Origin: Neodothiora populina
Lineage: Eukaryota
DNA: 64,000 nucleotides
Direction of reading: 5' to 3'
Assembly: GCF_041146345.1 (NCBI RefSeq)
Contig: NW_027191417.1
Location: forward strand, 186,001 to 250,000
Shown here: piece by piece, positions 50,981 through 63,400 of the stretch
How positions within the stretch are numbered: position 1 is the first letter of the stretch
Layout: each line of letters starts with the position of its first letter
Notes under the pieces: model-generated
Databases searched by the model: none
Seen by the model: only the letters and a program-made list of their open reading frames with translations
What the model was told of the DNA's origin: nothing
Made by a program: the position numbers and the translations under genes

Positions 50981-51257
50981 GTTGGCTGCAAAGAAGAAGA
51001 GATGTTAGTTTTGGAGAGTCTTGTAGAGAAGGACGAATTGATTCAGTGGGTGTGGATGGATGGTGGATGTTGGGTCTCCTCTTGTCTCTGCTCTTTCCAA
51101 ACTGGCGGCAGAGATTCCAGAGCAAGAGATGTCGATGTGGAGCTGACGATGGTGATGATGATGATGATGGTGATGATGGTGATGAGCAGATAAATCCTCA
51201 GGGAGACTGACCGGTTGTTGATGGGGGATTATTGTCGAAAGGGTATCGTCGTCGTCA

Positions 51258-51342
51258 CGTCAAAAAGGTCGAGCGAGGCCTTCGAAGATTCAAGGACGTG
51301 GGCGTCGCAATGTGTCCGTCCGTGCGTTCGCTTAGCAAAATT
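51258..51342 (-). promoter_or_regulatory. Putative ribosomal-protein promoter elements: CGACCTTTTTGACG on - (51271-51258) and TTCGCTTAGCAAAATT on + (51327-51342)
   Basis: They match the motif pair upstream of RPL31. Confidence 0.55.
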
Positions 51343-52066
51343 CGCCCTTTTCCTTTTGGTCATGACTGTGTGCGGGCGTCGGAGAACCGGCGCTTTTCTC
51401 TCCGGAGCTCGCAGGGGCACAGACAGCGTCATGTCTACCTTATCCTCTCTTTAAGGTAAGGTAGTTTTACTGGACTGCCTTATCTTATCACTTTCCCTCG
51501 CTCCTTCCCGCGTCTGTCAACAAATCCAACGTGTATCCCGACGTGTCACGCTGCCTTGTTTGCGAGGTAACAGTAATTACGAGCAATCTTTCCGCTTTTC
51601 TGCACTTTTGTTCCTTATGGCTCTCCTTCTCCCAGAAATACAAAAGTACAGCTAAGACTGTTTCTGCCTTGCCCGTCTGCCCTAGCTTCCCTTTGCGCCC
51701 TGAATGATCTGCCTGACCGCCGCCAACCTGTGTTGCAACCCTGGCAACCAGCCACCTTGATATAGTAGTCCTACTAATGTACTCGTAGCACGACTCAAGC
51801 TAAGTGTGATGATTGTCTTTCTTGTCTGCAGAATTTCCAAAAGTCTTTTTATCTTTCATCAGGTCAGCTCTCTGTCATGTTCATGAGCTGAACAAATCCT
51901 ATTTGTCAACTCCACATCACCGCCTGCTGCGACTCAGGCTCCCCACATCCCATCATCTACTGTACCCCAAACTCGCACGTCCTTGGTTCGGTCCATGCTG
52001 CCATCATAGCGACACACTTTTGTCACCTCCTTGCGCGGCGGCCCGTTCGAGGCGACTACATCACAG

Positions 52067-53801
52067 ATGAGAGATTTCTCACGTTTGCTGATGCTTCCCG
52101 GGGTGTTCGCAACGTTCCTGTCGGTCTTGTCAACTCCTGCGTACTGCGAGCCGTGGCCCTTTGCTCCGCACGAACGCTATTGGCCGGAACACGAACAACA
52201 TCTGAAACGAGACCTTGAGATACAGCAGAGACTAGACACAGATGTCCCGGCGGGAGTGCGCAAGATGTCGGACGACGAGGGCGAGAAGTTCTTCATGGAC
52301 TATTGGCAATTTGGTGATACGCTGGGAGATGCTGGGTCTCAACGGTCAAACACTAACATAGCATCCGATCGAGCCGTTTCCTCGAATCCCAGCTTCGGCA
52401 ACTCCTCGAGTCATTGTGATTTACTACCACCACTTCTTCCTCACAACGATAAGCAGACATTCGTCATTCTGCCTCGTCTGTTCTCGCGCGGTCTCTTCGA
52501 GCGCGACTTCAAATGCCCCGGCGGCACATCGAGTTGCGCATCCATAGGCCAACCGGACACATGCTGTGCGACAGAAGAAACATGCATCACGGTGCAGAAT
52601 ACTGGTAACGGTCCCGTGGGATGTTGTCCGGCAGGCGAGACTTGTGGAGGCGAAGTGACAGGTTGCAATACCGATGCTGGCTACACGAGCTGTCCGGGCT
52701 CGGCTAATGGAGGATGCTGCATCCCCGGCTATGTTTGCCAGGGCGTTGGCTGTAAGCTGCTTTCTCTTCGTATCATTATGCCTGGCGTTAACCCTCACTT
52801 CAGGCGTATACACGGGCTCTTCGACGACGACGACCACTCTTCCAACCGCCACTGTCACGACAGGGGCGACAACTAATGAACCCACGTCTGTGGCCACGAC
52901 AACGACTGCTACATCTGTCCCTGCTGCTTCAGGAACGCCAGTCACCTCTGTGCAAACCGTGACAACAACCATAGTCTCGACACCCCCAGCCAGTACAGCA
53001 GCGACTACGGTCACCCAAACCATAGTTATCTCTCCCTCTATTTCGTCTACTTCCGCCTCCGCTCCTCCTACAGACTCTATCACCACAACATCGTCCACGA
53101 CAAGCTTCGTTTGCACTCAGGGTTACCACTCATGCCCTGTGTCGCTAGGAGGAGGCTGCTGCCCCACCGACCGATCCTGCGCAAGCGACCGTCTCTGCGT
53201 AGCTACAACCACAGACTCATCATCATCCTCTCCCACCTCCTCCCCTACCTCAACCGGCTCACCCGCCCCACCAGTCCGACCCACATCAGGCACCACAGAC
53301 GCCTCATCCGAAACAAGCACAACAACCTACTCAGGCTGCCCGACAGGCTTCTACATGTGCTCAGCCTACTACCTCGGAGGCTGCTGCCGGGTCGGGCGAA
53401 ATTGTGACACGACGTCCTGCCCAGCATCCGACTCGACCTCGGTCGTCGTCACATCCGGCTTGACAATAGTAGCGGGAGGCAGCGGCGCCACCTCCGTATC
53501 GCCGCCTCTCGTGACCATAACCTCGACCACCACTCCTGGGGGAACTTCGACCGCCAGCGACGCGCAAGGCACAGGAACCCAAGGCTCCTGCGCAAGCGCC
53601 TGGTTCTCGTGTGGAGCAGACGTCGGCGGCGGCTGTTGTCCTGTCGGCTTCGTGTGCGGCGCGAGTTGCACCGCGACCGTCAGCGGTCAGAGTAATATCG
53701 GAAAAGACAATCCTAGTAACGACGCTGTTAGAGGGGTCATCTTTGGGTGGGGAGTTGTGTTTGTGGGCCTTGTTACCGGGTGGGGTATGCTGCTGCTTTG
53801 A
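52067..53801 (+). CDS. Secreted, probably GPI-anchored protein with repeated Cys-rich modules and Ser/Thr-rich stalks; exons 52067-52751, 52804-53801
   Basis: Signal peptide, GVRKMSDDEGEKFFMDYW, repeated C..G(Y/F)..C....GG.CC.....C units and a hydrophobic C-terminal tail; 52-nt GTAAGC...TTAAC...CAG intron. Confidence 0.88.
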
Positions 53802-54237
53802 GCATGCTCTTGCCTTTGCTCTTTTCTGTCTATTTTATTGCTATGAGGAGGCACTCCGAAGGCTCGAGCAAGGGGTGGGGATGATGTGGATACGAATGAG
53901 CTATTAGACAGCAGTTATGTGCGTGTTTATATGATTGATATGACGAAGAAGAGGAGAGCCTGCACGATAATGACGAAAAGATGGCTTCTTTGTTGCAAGA
54001 AAGGTATATGTAGATTCCCTTTCCCTTTCTTACGAGAAAATGAAAAAAGTAAAGAGATGAAAGAGAGATTGATTTCACCAGTACCAATATCGAGTCAGGT
54101 CAGAGGATGAACGCAATCGTCATCAGTGCTCAAATAATCATAACATCATATGTGGTGAGACCATCAGCATCACCAACCCTCATACATCAAGACCACAACC
54201 GCGCCCTCATGGTCCGCAATAATCACCCACTACCTAA

Positions 54238-54572
54238 CTAACGCCAGCCGAACCCGCCCGTCCTCTGAAGCTCTGTAGTCTCGTCCTTGACTGGCCCATC
54301 GTCACCGTCACGCTCCGTCTTCACCAAGACCGAGAGCGGCGAAGTAGGAGAAGGAGAAGGAGGGTCATCATCAGATCCCCGTACCGGACTCCTTGTCGTC
54401 ATGTCCGCGCGCACGAACTCGAGCAGGTGGTGGGCGTCTATGACGTCTTGAACCGACATCTTTGTCTGTTTTCGTCGAGACTAGAACCTCGCCCTAGAGT
54501 TTATGTTTCTGGCCTTTTCTTTTCTGGTGGCTGTGAGGTGGCGTTTTGGTTTTTGAGGTGAGCCGTGCAGGA
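54238..54572 (-). pseudogene. Possible small gene or pseudogene fragment (basic region, in-frame TAG, then a 73-aa ORF)
   Basis: CTAAC branch point and CAG acceptor at 54573-54575. The frame is open to 54238 except for TAG at 54481-54483. No convincing upstream exon. Confidence 0.3.
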
Positions 54573-56344
54573 CTGCGGATTACTTTCGCGTGGTACGGAT
54601 CGGTTAGAAAAATGAGATGTTGGGTCGAGGGGGAAAGTCACATAGGCTGCAAATTTTCTGTCGAGCGTGATTCGGGATGGGTGGGTAAATGTACGATGTC
54701 GTGGCAGATGAGTGTAAGACCGAGGAACTGCAGTAAGCTGTATTTCATGGACCTGCGTTTTCGAGGAGCGTGGACAGTCGAGTTATTGAGAAGAGATAGA
54801 CATCGACTGACGAGGGCCGTAGCAGCAGCTTTTATGATATGGACTTGCCAGAGACACACTCACGGATCTCCCAGTCCACAACAATATGCCTCAATGGCGT
54901 TGTACAAAAAGCATAGACTCCCGATGTGATGTGCAACTGGACCTTTGCCCGCTTACCAGCGCTGTGGCTCATCCACTTACCTTGATAACCGCGAGACCCA
55001 TATCCCGACAGTGCAATTGAAAAGCGAACTTGGGAGATGATAATGTCGTGCTGGTGCTCTCCGAGTCACATTGCTGTGTGCGATCCGAGATGCCAAAGTT
55101 TCCGACATGGAGTACAGACTCGGACCAAGAGTCCGCGAATTGTGCGTTATTGGCAGCAGTCTGGAGATGATGTATCGTCGAGAAACGATTTAAGGTCTGT
55201 CTCTCTTGCCGCTGCAACTACCCGACGAGAGAATCTGGCGGATTGTAACAAGCAGCTATGAAGTAAAGGATTGGCATTTGCCGAACAGGTTCTTGGGGGG
55301 CAGCTTCTTGCTTGCCCAATGTTTGCCTTCCTTCGGGAGAGGGGAGTTGCGCACACCGTCGGACCATCGAGTAATTCGAATGCTTCTCGAGCGACGTGAG
55401 GATACTACCTTACTAGTGGCCAGCAGCAAGCAGACTGTCCTCGAACGAGTAGCATTATGACGAAGGCAACCCAAGGTCACGCTCCTGTCCCTACCATGGC
55501 AGAAGAAGGGGGGCACGCCCGTCACGGCAAAGAAGAAGGGCTCATCATGCTCCACACCTTTTATTTACAGACACTTTCCAACCTTTCGAGGCGACGCAGA
55601 AGCTCATATACCTTAGCTTCTTCACATGTGGTCAGAGAGCGTTGACCACGGTATGACAACGAGGTCAAGCTTAAGCGGGTGGCTGCCGGTCGTGGAACTC
55701 TACTTGGTGTAGCACACCCGACCCACGAGTCTACCTTACCTTATGCTTGTGATAGTCACGAGTATACCTTTACTTTTGGCTGCATAGATTGCTGCAGTGG
55801 CTTGATGCAAGTACAATTCTGCGCAGCCAGGCAGCAGAAATTGCGTGACAGAAAGGTGAGTCGGGCATGATTCATGATGCACAGATGCATACGTGAGCTG
55901 ATGTATACTGTCAGGTGAAGTGACGAGGATGCGGGGTCTGAGACGGGCAGGTTCGAAGGCACAAAAGGGGCGGGTGCGGTCAGTCATGACGAGGGAGAAG
56001 AAGAGGTTCCGGTTGTGGTGGGTCTCCATCCCAACACACACGCACCCTTGCTTCTTGCTTTGTCGTCGCGCTCTGCTCTGATGCTCTACACTCATCTGAT
56101 CAGATGCAATAACCATTAGTTACCTAAGTCCGCTCGCCAGAGACAAAAGCACAACATTGTCTAATCAAAAGACTGGTGCAGGGCATCTCTGCGGCGTGCT
56201 GCGGGTAGATTAAAACAAGAGGGGAAAGCGCGGGGTGGAATACCTCAAGGTACCTAAGGTACCTTGCCTACACCCAAGGTGCAGTGGAGTTGGGAGCCAA
56301 TGACGTTGAAGGCTTGGCGGGATTAATGCAGATCAGTGAGGACT

Positions 56345-56820
56345 GATTGCACCGATTGCACCGATTGCACCGATTGCACCTGCACTAAATTGCATACGGT
56401 ACCTTATGATGGAAAGAGCACTACTACTACTACTAGTACTACTACTACTTGCAGTTGCAGCAGTTACGATATTCTGCTTCACTCACTTGTCCATCTCTGG
56501 CACAGCACATGGTTTGGAGGGATCCAGCCATCCACTTCTCCTCCTCCTCCTCCTCCTCCTCCATCGATTACCGTATCCATCTCCTACTGACAATTTAGCT
56601 CGAGGCAGAAGAGAAGGGAAAAAGGAAAAAGGAATTAAAGACATCGCATCATTCATTCTTTCCTTGTCGGCGTCGCCCACCATCACTACCACCACCTCTA
56701 CCACCACCGCCGCCTCCATCTCCACCGTCACCATCGTTCAATCACCCGGTCCTCGCCTCGTCTCTTCCGCAGATACTCTTGCAGTTGCTGCTGCTGCTGT
56801 TGCTGTTGCCGCTGCTGACC
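56345..56820. repeat. Microsatellite cluster: (GATTGCACC)4 at 56345-56380, (ACT)n, (CCT)n, (ACC)n, (GCT)n
   Basis: Read directly; lies upstream of the second carrier gene. Confidence 0.85.
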
Positions 56821-57056
56821 GCGCGCCTGCCCGACTCCCAAAAGGGCCTCGCCCATGATAACTGCTGACGCCGAGCCACACTGATAGGAGCGACATCGTC
56901 TTGTCAATCCTCCCGTCGCGCCCCTTCAGCCTCCATCTCGCCGTCTGAGAGCAGGAATGAAGGCCACTTCGAAGCTGACTTCACCACGCCACCAATTATT
57001 CACCCCCAGCACCACCTGATCTGATCCAACAACCTCTCATTGCGGCTGCTCGAAAT

Positions 57057-58494
57057 ATGGGAAACAACGCCTCCGGCCCATCCATCCAGAGCGAAAAGGA
57101 CCAGGCACAATCTCACACACCAAGGCCAGATTCCAACATGGATCGGGCTATGCGCAACCATCCGACCACATCTGTCATGAACAGCACCAAGCAGGACCAA
57201 GATACGGACCGCCCTCCTCCGGTCAAGAAGAAACAGTACAGCAGCATCATGGCCTTCCGGCTCAGTGACGACGCGAGAAGCTGGATCAAAAGCAACCGCA
57301 CCCCGATTGCTACTGGAATTGCAAGCGTCAGCTCGACACTCATAGCTGTATGTGACTCTCTGACCACATCAATCGTTTGATCAGTTTTGGAAGTTGCTGA
57401 CTCGTCCCAGTATCCGCTGGATTTTGTCAAAGCTCGCATGCAATCGTAAGTCTGATGGTGCTGATCCTCAAAATATACATAAAATATACATGGCTGATCC
57501 GAATCAGCTACAACACCAGATTCGGTGCCACCGCTTATGATGCCTGGAAACATGAAGGAATCAAGGGCATGTACAGAGGTTTGTCAGCCTCCCCGTCTCA
57601 TGTCGCATAAAATCTCTGACTCGACTGGACAGGCTGCCTCACCCCAATCTATACGATAGCGTTTGTGCGAGTCATCTCTTTCACCACTTTCCAGAGCTCC
57701 AAGCACTTTTACGATGATTTCTCCAAGCTGCAGTTCGGCGTCTCGCCACTCGACATGGCCAACGCCCCGGGACAGTACCCGAATATACATACTTTCGGCT
57801 GCTTCTTTTTCGCCGGCTGCGCTGCTGGCGCTGTCATCCCTGCCTTCGCCGCTCCCTTCGAACTGCTGAAGCTTAAGTCGCAATTGGCAGGCAAGATGGC
57901 TCGCGATAGTAACGCAAAAGCCGGCTCTGCCAAATTCAAGACCGGCACCTGGGGCCCCGCACTCGATATGATCCGCGAGCGGGGTGTCTTTTCGCTGTGG
58001 AAGGGTTTTGGGTACCACCTTGCGCGCGACACACTCGGAACAGCCATTTACTTCAGTGTCTACGAAGCAATCAAGCAGACTCTAGCCAATGCTCGTGGCA
58101 ATGACCCTACCGACCGCCGAGCCAGTATGCTCGCCGGTGGGTTTTGTGGCATGGCGAGTTGGATCATTGTAAGCCACTTCCTATCCGCTCTTCCCTCACC
58201 TCGCCCCTGCTAATTCACCCCATTTCAGATTTATCCGATCGATGTCAAGAAAACGCTGTACCAAAAGCGTTTCTTATCTGGTGAACCGCTAAAGGGCCCC
58301 AGCGGCAACAAGCTCAACTACCTCAATGCTGCTGGATATCGCGGTAAGTTGCCGAACTCGTTTGACACAAGCAAGCTCGCATAACTAATCGCCGCAATAT
58401 AGGTCTCGGAGTCTCCATGGTGCGTTCTGGTGTTATCAACGCCATGTTCTTCCCTGTATTCGAAAGTCTGAAGCGCGTCATCAATGCCTTATGA
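57057..58494 (+). CDS. Mitochondrial carrier family protein (substrate uncertain); exons 57057-57347, 57411-57445, 57508-57578, 57633-58168, 58229-58343, 58403-58494; the start may instead be ATG 57249
   Basis: Carrier motifs YPLDFVKARMQ, APFELLKLKSQ and YPIDVKK; EGIKGMYRG, GVFSLWKG and LARDTLGTAIYFSVYE. Five introns keep the frame. Confidence 0.9.
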
Positions 58495-60468
58495 CTACAT
58501 GACGGAGGCCCGGACCACCCCGGAACCGACGTGGATTAATACCACATAGACTCATACCAGAGTGACACAAACTCTGAGATGACCAATACACACCATCCTG
58601 GCGCAGGATGTTCCACTACTGCGTTTGCACAAAGGCAGCGAACGCAAAGTAGTACCACAGTCGACACATCAAGGTCGACTACCACTGTACCTACACCACT
58701 TTGCCTTCCATTCAGCGAGGAGTTTCCAGAGGTTTTAGCATGGGACGGACGATGGTTAACGGGAGTTGCATATTGGGAAGGCGTTGTGCGTTCACTACCA
58801 AAAATACCCATCAAGCCTATGTGGATAGGGGCGGATTCTTATGGCGTTCTCTACTGTACTTTTAGCAAGTAAGCATGCATGCACGGGAAACGAGCCATGA
58901 AGTGAGGGGGAGGGCATGAGCATCGGAAAGACATGCACAGGTATATTTGAGCGCCCCTACTGAAGAAGTGGAAGCGGCCTGCTCTTCTTTTTTTTTTCCT
59001 TTTTCTTTCTTTTCTACATGATCAGAGATGACTTACAATTACTTTCTTTTGAATTTTGTCTTGTCACATGCCGTAGATCTACTTCAGAGGTAGACTCTTA
59101 ACACTGCTTCCGATGCACATGCGACCGTCACGCGCACACGACGTGAGTTGGCGATCGAGAGCAAGCTCTCTTGTGTTGTTTTTTCCATGCCGTAAGAGGT
59201 ACTTGTATGTAGTACGTCACTCACATAGCACTGAGCACATGCTACATACCTTACCTTAGCATTTGCGATGGGAGGCTGGAGGTTCCCGATCACTAGCCTC
59301 AGTGGCGCGCGTCCTTTCATGCACTGTAATCAATACACTGCGGCTTGACACTGACACGACCTAGCTCAGGAACTCTCTTCCTTTCTTTACCTCTGGCTTT
59401 TGTTTTTATATATAAGCGGAATTTTGACTTCCGGTCTCTATCCCGGATAGAAAAGGACCCTTTGAGCGTCTACCGCATGTCATGCACGAGCTAGACCTCA
59501 CTATCTGCCGGTAATTGGTGTCCAGAGGCGTGACGGAAGCTGTGATAGTGGGGCTTTGCTTGAGAACAAGGAGGGGCACGCCTGTGTCAAGAAGTCGAGC
59601 TTAGATCACACCGGCTTGTCAAGAGAGGACATTTGCATCCTCATGTTGAAAAACTTCATTCATAACCGAGCTTTGATTACCTGATCATCACCATCTTACC
59701 GTTTGTCAGACCCTCGAAACCCATCATTGGCACTTCGCAGCAGGTGTCAAACAAAGGCATAAGCTGTGGTGGCTATTGAGCGTTCTTCCAACCGGCAGCC
59801 GGACTTTTCAGCTGTTGCCTTGACAACCAATCTGCATTTCTCCATCTTTCTTCGCAATCCTTCCCTTAAAGATTGGCGTTCCATTGGCTCACATGGCGCA
59901 ATCTCATGGCGCTCTGGTTGCGCGCACCTCCGGGTAGGAAATCAGGGCATGGACTAGCTGAGCAGGGGGTACTCGTACCGCATTTCATACTGCCATTCAA
60001 AGTATGCAATCTAGGTAGGTTCGAGCATGGCCGGCGTGGCGGGCGGTTGGAAAAACGATGTGGCTGGTGCTCACCCAAGGTTGCGCCTCTGTTTATCCTC
60101 GCGAGCAATGAGCCTGGCAGTGTGTGTTTCCCGCACCACCCGCATGTGAGTGATTGATTCTAGCCGTACGGAACATTGCATGGGTGAGTGCCATTATCGA
60201 AGCTCACTACATGTTGCCCTGCCATTCCTTTGAAAGTCTACCATAGTAATCATCTTTCGTGTGTGCGTGTGTGTTTTCTGGAATCCGTACGCTCCACCTG
60301 CGCTTTTCCAGCATCTAAACAACATCTTCGTCTTTGCGGCCAGGAAAGCCTCTATTGTGCGACACCTATCATGGATTGACCGAAGACATTGATCTGCGAC
60401 CTGATCCCCGACCCGGCCTTACGACATCGTGCGCTCTTTCGCGATTCCATGCCAGTCACTATCGCATC

Positions 60469-63400
60469 ATGTTGAGACGAAGGCTCCCGCCACATGTCTT
60501 AGGCATTTTGACACTGGCGACCGCACAGAACATTGCGGCATCCGAACTCCCATACAACCCGACTAGGATCTTCCACGCCAATGCTTCTAGCTATGCCTAT
60601 GTCATCCAACCCGACACCGACTCCAATGGTCAAGCGCAACTAATATCAGTCGATGTGACAAGTACTCTCGAGGCCTCGAGCTTTTCAAAAACCACCCTTT
60701 ACTCGACACTACCATTCTTAGAACAGGACTCCAATGCTGCTTTGTTATCAGTCGCCGACAATGGTGGAAACATAACTCTGGTCTCTGGTGATTGCTCGAG
60801 TCAAGCCCCTCCTCAGATCTGGACATTCACGCCGGATCCAAAGGCAAAGAAAGGCAATGGCACGTGGACACAGCAGACGCTGTCGTCGCAAGATGCACTG
60901 GGAGGAGTCAGGTTCCTAGGGGGTGGCATGGCTTACTCTGAAATAGCGAATGGCAACTCATCCGACACCAACCTCTACACGTACGGTGGCATGTGCCCAA
61001 CCGAAGGAGCGACTGCGGCCACCTGGACTACGGCTGCTAATTATACACATCAAACCGTCGAATTCACTGTAGAGCAAGCAAGTAGCGGAAACACCTCGTA
61101 CGCTGCGAAGGCAATAGCTGGCAGAGGACCGCCAGTTGCAGAAGCAGGCTTCAGCTTGACACCTCTAGTACCCTCATATTCCGCCGATACAACGGATGCG
61201 ACCCAACAGCAAAGCTTTGTCTTGATTGGAGGCCACACCAACGGAGCTTTTATCAATATGTCCCAGGTTGCCATGTTCTCTCTTCCACAGCAGAGTTGGA
61301 CTTTCCTAGGCATCGATAGTGTCGGCAGTGCCAGCTCCAAGGCCAAGAAAAGACTCTCCGCAAGATCCTCCAGCAATAGTGTTGTTGAACCAAGGTCTGG
61401 TCACACTGCCGTGCTCAGCGAGGATGGTGACAGTATTGTGATGTTCGGTGGCTGGGTTGGAGATGTGACCACGCCCGCGAAACCACAATTGGCCATCCTC
61501 GAGCTCGGGTCAGGTTTCGGTGGTGATGGAGACTGGGCCTGGAATGTGCCAACTTCCGGCAGTGCCAATCTGACCGGATCGGGACTTTACGGCCACGGCG
61601 CCGTCATGCTGCCCGGAGGTGTGATGATGCTGTCAGGAGGATTCTCTATCCCATCCCCGAGCGCAACCTCCCGTATGTTTCGAAGGGCAACAACAGCCAC
61701 AAACACTCAGACCCTATTCTACAACGTCACTTCTTCAACATGGCTATCCTCGTACGATCCGCCAGCTGCAGCAACATCTTCTTACTCGTCTTTGGGCAGC
61801 AACGAGAAGAGCAAAAGCCTTTCCACGCCCGGGCAGAAAGCTGGTCTTGGTGTTGGTCTGGTAGTCGGGGTAGTCCTTATCGTTGGACTGGTCGCTTACT
61901 ACTTCTGGCGCGCTCGTCGACAGAAGAAGAAGCGAGAGAACAGATTGAGCGACAAGGAGGGTCTGGTCAGGCGAAGTGACACGTTCGGCAACAACTGGTA
62001 TGCGGGCAGCGACACTGGAATAGATGGAAGAGGGGGCTCTGTCGCAGCTGGTGGAATGTGGGGCGAGAAGCCTAGCACTGCTGCCGAAGGGTACGCCTCG
62101 CTCCCGCAAAACTATAGTGAACAGCCTGTTCCGGAGTCCAGACGAGACGTAGAGCGATCAGGTGTCCTTGTGAATGTCCCCAGCCCGACAAGAGGCTTGA
62201 GGAAGAATGGGCCGACTCGCGCTCAGTATCAGTATCATGCCGCGCCCAGATACGAAGATGGAAGAGTCAGCAGGTCAAGCGGCAATATTCATCCTATCGA
62301 GGAACGCGACGAAGAAGAGGATAGAACCTCAGCGACGGGTGGAATGAAGCCTTTAACCCTAGTCGAACGCAACTTCGGACCAGCCGCAGGTGCCCATGGC
62401 GGAGACAAGAGACAAGACGATCCATTCAAGGACCCACCACCAAATCCCCTACGCAGCCATCCTGTTTCTCCTGAAATCGGTCCTCCTGTAGGCAGTACTG
62501 TTCGTCGCTCGATTACCAATGCGACAAACGCAACGAATATTAGCAACATCACCACTGGCACAGACCAAGTCTCGAATTGGATTCGAGAGTGGACTGCCTC
62601 GTACGCCGCAGCAATGCGTCCAACCTCAGACAATCCAGCTAGTAACAGCAGTGGACGTGTCTCTCCGACCAAGACGGACGAGCGAACCTCATCAAACCTG
62701 AGTGAGCAATCGAATCGTTCTGGTATTTCAGCCGGCGCGACCAGCGTTGCTCGTACTTCATCCACCCGCTCGGCCATGTTCTTTGGTCTGTCCGGGAGAC
62801 CATCCATCACACCTTCACACACACCTATTGAGTCCACATTCCCTAATAACATCTCGGGCCCCAGTCGAAGCGGATCACCTATTCGCAACGAGTTTCGGTC
62901 CCACTCGGGTCATCATCTCGTCGCCGAGCGTCCCTACGCCCAGCGAAGTACAACCGCAGATTCGTACAGTACAGCAGCAACCACCTGGGGTCAACTGATG
63001 GAACAAGGCGAGGCTCTCCTTGGAACTGCCAGTCCGACGCATAATACCAGGAAATATGACACCGCCATTGCACCTCTCAATTACCCCAAGCGACGTAACG
63101 GTCAGAAACCAGGACAATTGCCGCACGAACAATCAGATTCGTACCTTTTGGCTAATGCCGGTCCGACACCTCCAATCCCACCTCGCAGACGACTCGGTTG
63201 GATGGGGAGTCTTCGTCGTGCGCTTGGTACCTACGATCGCAGTTTCTCGTCTGCAGCACCTCTGAATCCTCATCATGGAGATTCGAAGTCAATGCCGCCG
63301 CCCATGCAAGAATACTATGACCACATCGCATCAATCCGTTCCAACTCAACTTCACCGAACAGGGGCCAGCGCGCTGGGGCTCACAGTCGCGCAGGTGCTT

